Assembly (NCBI GenBank): GCA_039798785.1
Contig: JBDKFG010000025.1
Span: forward strand, 2,776 to 65,027
DNA: 62,252 nt
From: Verrucomicrobiota bacterium
GTDB lineage: Bacteria; Verrucomicrobiota; Lentisphaeria; Lentisphaerales; Lentisphaeraceae
Reading direction: 5' to 3'
The notes beneath the pieces are model-generated. The model saw only the letters and a list, made by a program, of their open reading frames with translations. It was not told where the DNA came from and searched no databases. Each line of letters begins with the position of its first letter. Positions within the stretch are counted from its first letter, which is position 1. This document shows, piece after piece, positions 54,757 through 62,252 of this stretch. Both the position numbers and the translations under genes were made by a program.

Positions 54757-57700
54757 TCATTCCTTTCTGAGCGGGCGGAGGAAGGTGACCAGGCTGGCGA
54801 GGAGGGCGAGGAGGGGGATGATCCAGAGATTGCGCGAGGGGCTGGAGGGCAGTTCCGCCGGTTCGAGCTTGGTGGCGAAATCGACCTGGAGGGCCTGGCT
54901 GGGGTCGATCAGGACTTCGCGGTAGAGCTGGAGGCGATTGCCCTCTTCCGGCAGGCTGAGGCGGAGCGGCAGGACGGCGTCGTCGGCGCTGCGCTGCAGG
55001 GTGGCGAGGCGCTCGGCGATCCGGCCCATCGCCGAGGCGTCTTCGTCGTCGAGCTGCTTGCTGAGTTCGCGGGCGTAGGCGTCGGAGAAGTTGCCCTTGT
55101 TGAACAGGGCCGACTGGTTGGCGAAGGATTCGGCATCCTTCTGCGAGCCGCCGCGGGCCCGCAGGTTGGCGCGGCGGTTGACCAGGGCGGCGGTGGTGTT
55201 GTCGCTGAGGAGGGCCTGGTATTGGACCCGGGCGTCTTCGTTGAGGTCGCTGAGTCCTTGCGACAACTGCACCGCCTGGTTGAGGCGCTGCGCCGCTTCG
55301 TCGCGCTGGCCTTTGCGGGCCAGGAGGGCACCTTGCTTGAGCAGGGTGGCGGCGTCGATCTGGGCGACGGCGGCGGGGGTTTTGGCGGGGTAGAGCTGGG
55401 CCGCGGAGGCGAGGCGGAGGCTGCCGCCGAGGGTCCGGGGATCCAGTTCGATTTCGGGCGGGGTGAAGAGGTTCCAGCGGATGTTTTTGAGCGGCAAGTC
55501 GAAGCTGGGGCCGGGGATGGACCAGCGTCCGGCCGCGTCGATCTTGGCTTTTTGCGACCAGACCAGTTCGATCTCGAGGGACTTGACGTGGCGGGGCAGG
55601 GGGATGAGGCAGTTGCCCTGCTGCTGCACCGGCAGGACCGGGGAGGAATTGACGAAGGCGGAGGCGAGGCTGGAGCCGGCGGGGAGGCGGACTGTCAGCT
55701 CGGTCTTGCTGCCGGGGAGGAGCTGGATCAGGGCGCGGCAGAGGCAGGCGCCGTCGAGGGCGGCGAGGGTGTGGATCTCGACCGAGCTGACGCTGGCGGC
55801 GAGTTGCTTCGCCTCGGCGCGGCGGCTGAGTTTCAGGTCGATCCGGTAATCGGCTTCGCCGGAGCGCAGGCAGTGGAGGGCGAGGCCGGCCTCGGCGCTG
55901 GCGAACTGCGGCGGCAGGAGGCGCGGGTCGGCCTTGGTCAAGGCGCCTTTGCGGGGAGTCAGGGCGACATCGGTCTCGCTCGGGGCGTGGACGAGGAGGT
56001 GACCGCGCTGGCGCTCGATACCCTCGACGAGGAGCGGCTGGACCTGGCCGATTCCGCCGGAGACCCAGGTCTGGCAGGCCACTTCCAGGCGGCATTCGCC
56101 GAAGATCTTGCGGCCGAATTCGATCTGCCAGAGGCCGTCGCCGAGCTGGTCGACCCGGCTGATGTCGGCGCCTTTCACATCGAGCGCGGCGATGCTGGCG
56201 GGCGCCTGGATCCGGAGGGAACGCACCGGGGCGTTCTCGATCTTGAGGAGGAAGACGGCACCGAGCTGGAGCTGGTCGTCGCGGACCTTCAGGGTCTGGA
56301 GATATTCCGCCTCGATCCGGGGCGCCAGGAGGCTGCGCTGGAGGCTGGCTTTCCAGCCCGGTTTGAGGACGGGGAAGGCGGCGACGCCTTCCGCCGGCAG
56401 GGCGAGGGAGCCGATGCCACTGGAACCGGGAACTGGGGCGAGACGCTGGCCGCGTTCCGCCGCCACCTGGTAGCGGCCGCCACGGCGGAGCTCGCCTTTG
56501 ACGCCGCAGCTCGGCAAGACCAGGGAACCGGCGGCGGCCGGCTCGGCCTGGACCAGCACCAGCCGAAGCGGAATGTCGCCGCGCACCTTGTCGGCAAAGG
56601 TCAGCAGACAACGGCGATTGACACCGCGGCCGAGCTCATCCCAGCGGGCCAGGCCGGGAGCTTCGAGCGATTCGATCTCGTAGCCGGCGGGGAGGCTGAG
56701 CTCGAGGGAGAAGACCGGCGCCTTCTCGATGTGGACGGTGAGGACGCTGGAGAGGACGCCGCGTTCGTCGCCGAGGCTGAGGCTGGACTGTTCGTCGACC
56801 GAGATTTCCGGGACGACGGCGGCGAGCTTGACTTGCAAGGCGGCGCCGCCTTCGAGGTGGCGGTAGCCGTTGAACAGGGCTTCGCCGCGGCAGTGGGCCG
56901 CGAGTTCGGGGAAGAGGGCCACAAAGCCTTTGGCGTCGTCATCGGGCGCGGTCTTGCGGCTGCCGCTGAGGCGGAAGGCGATGCCCGGCTCGGCGCAAAG
57001 GAAGAGGCGGCCGCGGCTGGTGGAGGAGGCCGGCACGGTGATGGATTCGACGCTGAGCTCGGCGTCTTTGGCAGCGGGCATCTGGGCCCGGACCAGGAAG
57101 CTCGCCTTGCCGCTGAACTTCTCGGCCAGGGCGATCTCGAGCTGGCCGCTTTTCGGGTCCCAGCTCCAGGCGTGGCCGCCGTCGACCCGGGTCACCACCT
57201 GGCGCGCCGGCAGCTTCAGCTGCAGGGTTTTCATCTGGCCGCGGGCGAGCTCGACATCGACGCGGTGCAGCAGGGTGACAAATCCTTCGCCGCAGAGCGC
57301 GGCGCTGGCGACCTCGGCGAAGAGCACCGGCTTTTCGGCGACGCTTTGCGCCGGCTTGCGGCGGAGGATGACGGCGCTGCGGGCCTGGCGCGGCAGCAGC
57401 ACCGAGAGGCGGCTGGTCTTGCCCTCTACGCTCAAGCGAGCGCGAGCGAGAGGCGAATGATTGAGAATCTCCCAGTCGTCGCCGGGCAGCTCGACCCCGA
57501 GCTCGACGATCAAGGCCGGGCAGGCGGGGAATTCCAGGGCCAGCTCATCCGGAGGGGAGGGACGTACCAGCAGGCCGAGCTTCTGGGTGGCGATCAGGGC
57601 GCCGTCGTCCTTGGCCTTGAGGAGGCGGCGCTCCGCGAGGAATTCCGCCTCTTTCGGCACTTCCTGGGAGAAGAGGATGGCGCCGGGCAGGGCGAAGGGC

Positions 57701-60700
57701 AGGAGGTCGTCCTCCTTGACGTCGTGGCGATTCCAGGTGGTTTCGCCGCTGAGCTGCCAGTCGGGTTTGCCGTCGGGCTTGCTGCCGAGGCTGGCCTTCA
57801 GCTCCAGCTTGATGCTGTCCCAGGGTTTCTGCGGAGCCTGCGACTCGTCGGCGCGGCCGCTGGGCGCGAGAGCGGGCAGGAGGCAGAAGGCGAGGAGTGC
57901 GGCGGCGGCGCGGCGGCGGAGGATCAGGGCGGTGAGGCCGTGGCTGCTCAGGGCGCCGAGGCCGGCCAGGCCGGTGCAGAGCAGGGCCAGGACGAGGAGG
58001 CTTTCCGCCATCGGCACGCCTTGCACCGCGAAGATCGCGAGGCCGGCCGCGGCGGCGCCGAGGGCGATCCGGGCCGGTGCCGGACGGAGGAAGCAGCCGC
58101 CGAGCAGGGCGAGCAGGGCGGCGAGCAGCAGCGGCGTCTTGACCCGGGCCTGGCCGCGCTCGGCACTGGCGTTTTGATCCACCGCGACCGCCTCCAGCCG
58201 GACGGCATCGCCGGCCTTGACGACGCTGCGGCTGAACTTCAGCTCCGAGTGGCTGACTTCTGAGGAGTGGTGGCTGTAGCGGCTCAACTTCGAGAACTCC
58301 GCGAAGGCCTGGAAGAGAAGGATGACGCAGACGAGGCTGAGGCTTCCGGCGGCTACTCGCGGGCCGGCGCTCCATTCGCCGCGGAAAGTCAGGGCGAGAA
58401 GGAAGCCGAGGGCGAGCGAGACGAAGAGGAGGGGAGTGCAGTCGGACATCAGTTGTCCGGCCAGGGTGGCCAGATCCGGAGCGGGATTCTTGCGGACCAG
58501 GCCGCTGACCGGGCGGGCGCCTTCGATCTGGTCGAGACTCCAGCCGCCCGGCAGGGTGATTGCAAGGTCGTTGAGGACGACGTCGGCTTCGAGACTGGGC
58601 GCCTCGATCTTCAGCTTCACCCCGTCGGCCAGGGGCGGGCAGCGCTGCGCGTATTCGATCGACACCGGGAAGGACAGATTGGGATCGGCGATGCGGGGAA
58701 TCGGGATCAGGATGCGATCGCCATCGGCGGCGGCGCGGACCTTGCGGCCTTGGACTTCCACCGTCCACAGCTCCGCTCCTTGCGGCAGGCGCAAAGCCAG
58801 ATGCGGGTGTGACGAATTCTTCACCGTCAGCTTCATCTCGCCGGTCAGCGAACCTTTTTCGTCGAGGACGGATTTCAGCTCGGCGCGTTCCACCACCAGG
58901 CTCATCAGGGCGGCGTAGTCGCGGGCTTCGATGTCGACGGCGATGCTGTGCGGTCCGCGCAAGAAGCGCCAGGCCTTGAGCACCGGGTGGCGGTGCAGGG
59001 CGAGGTATTCCGCCGGGAGGGAATCGACCGCGGTCTCGACAATGCCGGCGTCGGCCTGGCCGCCGCTGACGCTGAGGGCTTGCGAGCCGGAGACGGCGAT
59101 GAAGCCGTCGTCGCTGAGAACGCCGAGGGGACGGAGCTGGCCGATGCGGATTTCGCTCTTGCGGGCGGCGACCGCCGTCTCCCAGGAGATCAGCAGGGTG
59201 TAGTCGCCGAGCACCGGCTTTTGCAGGACGACGGAGCGTTTCCCCCCCTCATGGACGAGGCGGGGGTTGTGAGCGCCGTGGAGCTGGCATTCCCCGATGT
59301 CGGCGGGCAGCTCCAGGTCGAAGCGTTCGCACGGTGCGCCGGCGACATGGTAGGTGAGGACGGCGGCGAAGGCGGCGGTGTTTTCGCCGACGGTGACGCT
59401 GTGCAAGGTTTCGCAGCGCAGCGCCGGGTCGAGACGGCTGAGCTTGAGTTCCGCCTGCCAGGAGGCGTCGCGGAAGCGCCATACCGACTGTGGCGGGCGG
59501 TCGCCGACGCTCTGCGCCGGGGGCGGCTGGCGGACCAGTCCTTCCGGCTTGACCAGGTCGGCGGTGAAGCCCTCCTGGGTTTCGAGGGCGATGGTGCCGC
59601 GTTCGGAGCGGACGCCGCGGAGGGCGAAGCGGGGCAGCTGCAGGCTGTCCTGGCCTGGCGCGAGGCGGCATTCGGCGAGGATTTCGGCTTCGCGGCGGCC
59701 GCTCACCGGGCGGGCGAAGACGAGGCGGAGGAGGCGGGTGTCCTTTTCCTCGATCAAGTCCCAGGAGGCGAGGTCGCTGGCGGTGACCTTGGCAGGATCG
59801 AGGCCCGGGCCGATCTCGAGCAGCAGCTCGCGGATCTCGGCTTCGCGGATGTCGACCTGGAGGCGGAGGCGGGCGGCAACCAGGGAATCCTTGGCGAGCA
59901 GCTGCAGCGCCAGGTCGGAATCGAGGACCGGATTGACCGCTTCGGCGCGGGCGCTGAGCTTCACCGGAAGTTCGGCGAAGGTGAAGAAGAAGGACTGCGT
60001 CAGTCCTGACTCCTGCAGCATCGGGTCGGCGCTGGCGATCCGGACCAGACCTTCGCTGGTCAAGGGTTCGAGCTTGAGGCGGGCGCGGCTGCCGAGGGCG
60101 ATCTGGCCGCCGGTGCGGGTCAGGCCGAGGGGGCGGGCGAGAAGGACGGGGAAGGCCGAGCCTTCGGTGGCGGCGGCATGGCGCGCCTCCACCAGGAAAT
60201 CCCGACTCTGGCCGGCGCCGAGGGCGGCGAAATCCATCTCGGCCCAGATCGAGGCGCCGTCGCGGCTGCTGGTCCACGACACCGGGCGGCCCTTGGCGTC
60301 GGCGATGCGGGTGACCGACAGGCCCTCGGGCAGCTCGAGCCGCAAGCTTTTCATTTCCCCCTGGGTGCAGGTGAGGCGCAGGAGGCCGCGCTGCTCGACC
60401 GCGCCGGGCGAGACCTCGGCGATCAGGCGCCACTCGGCCAGTCCTGCCGCCTCGACCGGCGCCGCCACCGCGGCCTTTTTGCGGAAGGCGCATTGCAGCA
60501 GGGTGGTGTCGCCTTCTTCCGGCTGGGCCAGGGCCGAGCTCCAGCGCAGCGGCGCGCCTTCGACCGGCAGCAGCGGCGAGCTGTTGCGCAAGGCCGGCAG
60601 GATGTCGGCGGCGGGAACTGCGATCTCGACTGGCAGGGCCGGCATCTTCGGCAGAAGAAGCATCGGGCTGCCGCTCGCCAGCTCGATCTGGATTTCCTCG

Positions 60701-61026
60701 GCGCGGAACTCGCGGTCGAGGACGATATACAGTGCCGGGCCGATCCATTCCAGACTCAAACCCTCGGGCAGCTTGGGCAAGCTCCGCAGTGACAAGGCCA
60801 GCGGCGCCTCGCCGGTGGCTGAGGCGATGAGAAGCTTGGTCCCCTTCGGCCCCGCCAGACGGATCTCGAGATCGATGTCGAGGGAATTCAGCCGATCCCC
60901 CTCTGCCGCCTGCGGCGACACCTTGACCTTGAGATTCCTCAGGCCCGGCTCGGGCGGATCGGAGAACCAGCCTGCTGCCAAGGGCAGGCAGAAGAGCGCA
61001 AGCAGGAGAATCAGGATACGTCGCAT
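54757..61026 (-). CDS. Giant (~2090 aa) exported/membrane protein of unknown function with two homologous halves
   Basis: Signal peptide MRRILILLLALFCLPLAA; repeated beta modules; central TM cluster; C-terminal TPR-like helices and TM anchor. Confidence 0.85.
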   Translation of the reverse strand: MRRILILLLALFCLPLAAGWFSDPPEPGLRNLKVKVSPQAAEGDRLNSLDIDLEIRLAGPKGTKLLIASATGEAPLALSLRSLPKLPEGLSLEWIGPALYIVLDREFRAEEIQIELASGSPMLLLPKMPALPVEIAVPAADILPALRNSSPLLPVEGAPLRWSSALAQPEEGDTTLLQCAFRKKAAVAAPVEAAGLAEWRLIAEVSPGAVEQRGLLRLTCTQGEMKSLRLELPEGLSVTRIADAKGRPVSWTSSRDGASIWAEMDFAALGAGQSRDFLVEARHAAATEGSAFPVLLARPLGLTRTGGQIALGSRARLKLEPLTSEGLVRIASADPMLQESGLTQSFFFTFAELPVKLSARAEAVNPVLDSDLALQLLAKDSLVAARLRLQVDIREAEIRELLLEIGPGLDPAKVTASDLASWDLIEEKDTRLLRLVFARPVSGRREAEILAECRLAPGQDSLQLPRFALRGVRSERGTIALETQEGFTADLVKPEGLVRQPPPAQSVGDRPPQSVWRFRDASWQAELKLSRLDPALRCETLHSVTVGENTAAFAAVLTYHVAGAPCERFDLELPADIGECQLHGAHNPRLVHEGGKRSVVLQKPVLGDYTLLISWETAVAARKSEIRIGQLRPLGVLSDDGFIAVSGSQALSVSGGQADAGIVETAVDSLPAEYLALHRHPVLKAWRFLRGPHSIAVDIEARDYAALMSLVVERAELKSVLDEKGSLTGEMKLTVKNSSHPHLALRLPQGAELWTVEVQGRKVRAAADGDRILIPIPRIADPNLSFPVSIEYAQRCPPLADGVKLKIEAPSLEADVVLNDLAITLPGGWSLDQIEGARPVSGLVRKNPAPDLATLAGQLMSDCTPLLFVSLALGFLLALTFRGEWSAGPRVAAGSLSLVCVILLFQAFAEFSKLSRYSHHSSEVSHSELKFSRSVVKAGDAVRLEAVAVDQNASAERGQARVKTPLLLAALLALLGGCFLRPAPARIALGAAAAGLAIFAVQGVPMAESLLVLALLCTGLAGLGALSSHGLTALILRRRAAAALLAFCLLPALAPSGRADESQAPQKPWDSIKLELKASLGSKPDGKPDWQLSGETTWNRHDVKEDDLLPFALPGAILFSQEVPKEAEFLAERRLLKAKDDGALIATQKLGLLVRPSPPDELALEFPACPALIVELGVELPGDDWEILNHSPLARARLSVEGKTSRLSVLLPRQARSAVILRRKPAQSVAEKPVLFAEVASAALCGEGFVTLLHRVDVELARGQMKTLQLKLPARQVVTRVDGGHAWSWDPKSGQLEIALAEKFSGKASFLVRAQMPAAKDAELSVESITVPASSTSRGRLFLCAEPGIAFRLSGSRKTAPDDDAKGFVALFPELAAHCRGEALFNGYRHLEGGAALQVKLAAVVPEISVDEQSSLSLGDERGVLSSVLTVHIEKAPVFSLELSLPAGYEIESLEAPGLARWDELGRGVNRRCLLTFADKVRGDIPLRLVLVQAEPAAAGSLVLPSCGVKGELRRGGRYQVAAERGQRLAPVPGSSGIGSLALPAEGVAAFPVLKPGWKASLQRSLLAPRIEAEYLQTLKVRDDQLQLGAVFLLKIENAPVRSLRIQAPASIAALDVKGADISRVDQLGDGLWQIEFGRKIFGECRLEVACQTWVSGGIGQVQPLLVEGIERQRGHLLVHAPSETDVALTPRKGALTKADPRLLPPQFASAEAGLALHCLRSGEADYRIDLKLSRRAEAKQLAASVSSVEIHTLAALDGACLCRALIQLLPGSKTELTVRLPAGSSLASAFVNSSPVLPVQQQGNCLIPLPRHVKSLEIELVWSQKAKIDAAGRWSIPGPSFDLPLKNIRWNLFTPPEIELDPRTLGGSLRLASAAQLYPAKTPAAVAQIDAATLLKQGALLARKGQRDEAAQRLNQAVQLSQGLSDLNEDARVQYQALLSDNTTAALVNRRANLRARGGSQKDAESFANQSALFNKGNFSDAYARELSKQLDDEDASAMGRIAERLATLQRSADDAVLPLRLSLPEEGNRLQLYREVLIDPSQALQVDFATKLEPAELPSSPSRNLWIIPLLALLASLVTFLRPLRKE

Positions 61027-61311
61027 GGAAGCCTCTCGTCTTTCGGGTGAATCGGAACCGAACCCGAGACGCACGGCAATCGGCTGGAATTACAGGAAAG
61101 CGAAGAAATCCGGAGAATTTCTCCTCGGTTGACCACTGTCGTGCTTGTTATTTATTCTATATCTTATTTTTGATAAATGTGTTATATCTGAAATTTGCTG
61201 GGCTTGCCCGCAATAGTGTACAGAGTTCTCCGGAGCTATGGACATTCCCCGTCCTTGTCTATACATTTGAAGGTATGTCTAGACATCAAAGATTCCAAAA
61301 AAGGAAGTTTT

Positions 61312-62088
61312 ATGAATAAATCATATCGCAATCATCTGGCGGCTGGTTTGCTGCTGGTGCTGCTCGGAGCCGGAGTCTACTCCTTGGCGACTCGGCAAGA
61401 AGAAGCGCGGCCTGGCCAAGCGTGGAGCGCCGCGCCCGTCGGCCAGCAGCAGACTGGCGGCGTCAAATCGGGAGCCCCGGCCCCGATCCCCGACCAGAAC
61501 TGGCAGCCTGCTGCAGCGGCAGCGGCTGAACCGAAGCTTCCGGTCACCGGCTACGGTGTCACCCCGCGCAGCACCCGGGAGACTTTGTCTTCGACCCAAG
61601 GCCAGGCCAATCTCCTCGCTCACAAGGAGCCGCAGAAGAACGCTTCCCAGATCTCCAGCCAAATCCAGGGCCAGCCCTTCGATGCCGTCCGCTGGAAGAA
61701 CGACCCGGCCTATGTCGCCGCCTACTGCGCCATCAGCGAGCCCTCCAGAGGCACCACCTGCAGCCCCGACCCCAAGGCGCCCTTGCTCCAACGCCTGAGC
61801 GAGATCGCTCCTGTCGTCGCCCACGGCTCCCGCATCGAACTCAGAGTCCGGGCCGCGCCAGGCGCCCCCGTTTCCTGGGCTAGCCCTTCGCTCGGCCGAT
61901 TTGCCGACTCTGGCCTCACTTCCTGCACCACGGTCGCCGATGCTTCCGGCGTCGCCACCGCCACTTTCGAAGGCGTCCCCGGCACCTGGGGCCAAACCGA
62001 CATATCAGTCGCCAGCCCCTGCAATACAGGTGTTTTGCTCTTCAGAATCGAGACCGTCCAAGCCGACGACAAACAAGCTTCCAAATAA
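61312..62088 (+). CDS. Membrane-anchored hypothetical protein with C-terminal Ig/invasin-like domain
   Basis: N-terminal TM, Pro/Ala/Gln linker, PGAPVSW....GRF...T.VAD..G.ATATF; AAGGAAG RBS. Confidence 0.7.
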   Translation: MNKSYRNHLAAGLLLVLLGAGVYSLATRQEEARPGQAWSAAPVGQQQTGGVKSGAPAPIPDQNWQPAAAAAAEPKLPVTGYGVTPRSTRETLSSTQGQANLLAHKEPQKNASQISSQIQGQPFDAVRWKNDPAYVAAYCAISEPSRGTTCSPDPKAPLLQRLSEIAPVVAHGSRIELRVRAAPGAPVSWASPSLGRFADSGLTSCTTVADASGVATATFEGVPGTWGQTDISVASPCNTGVLLFRIETVQADDKQASK

Positions 62089-62120
62089 ATCGAAAACCGT
62101 CAATCCAAGGTCTATCATCC

Positions 62121-62252
62121 ATGAACTTCGTCCAGAAATTCTTCGCCGCCTCGACCCTCGTCTGGGGCCTCAATGCCCAGGCGGAATGTGAACTCAAGCT
62201 CGAAGGGGAGCAGATCAAGATCGGGGCCGGCGAGCAGAAGGTCTCGATCCCC
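62121..62252 (+). CDS. 5' part of an exported protein (runs off the window)
   Basis: MNFVQKFFAASTLVWGLNAQA-ECELKLEG... open to the window end. Confidence 0.6.
   Translation, partial: MNFVQKFFAASTLVWGLNAQAECELKLEGEQIKIGAGEQKVSIP

Noticed and set aside
54400..58263. 1287-aa plus-strand ORF and other long Arg/Gly-rich ORFs
   Set aside because: Shadow or alternative frames of well-supported genes.

Overview
High-GC bacterial chromosomal window. The gene content (DUF1080, DUF6797-cytochrome c, sulfatase, Tat-exported Gfo/Idh/MocA, LRR-tailed Ser/Thr kinase) suggests the PVC superphylum, possibly Lentisphaerota; this is an inference. Housekeeping genes include metH, nadE, two identical tandem tRNA-His, argJ, fieF, mqnE, an ABC-F ATPase and nth. 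Larger modules are: (i) a persulfide-type ArsR plus CoA-disulfide reductase/2x rhodanese/DUF2892 fusion; (ii) a split soluble Aer/CetB-CetA-like energy-taxis pair whose receptor carries an Aer2-type PAS; (iii) a DUF1080, pentahaem DUF6797 protein, kinase and Tat oxidoreductase cluster; (iv) a dispersed sialic-acid locus (GH33, nanA, GH16, AGE epimerase, NanM-like Kelch, Kelch-MFS fusion) interrupted by a binding-protein/hybrid kinase pair; (v) a ~2090-aa internally duplicated membrane protein. The most unusual signals are a WNK-like relocation of the catalytic lysine in the bacterial kinase and 8/9-bp-periodic intergenic micro-arrays, including a 41-bp direct repeat, at junctions with singleton accessory genes. 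A REP doublet and two single-stop pseudogenes are also present. No CRISPR, rRNA, integrase or transposase was seen. All family calls come from motif recognition, not database searches.
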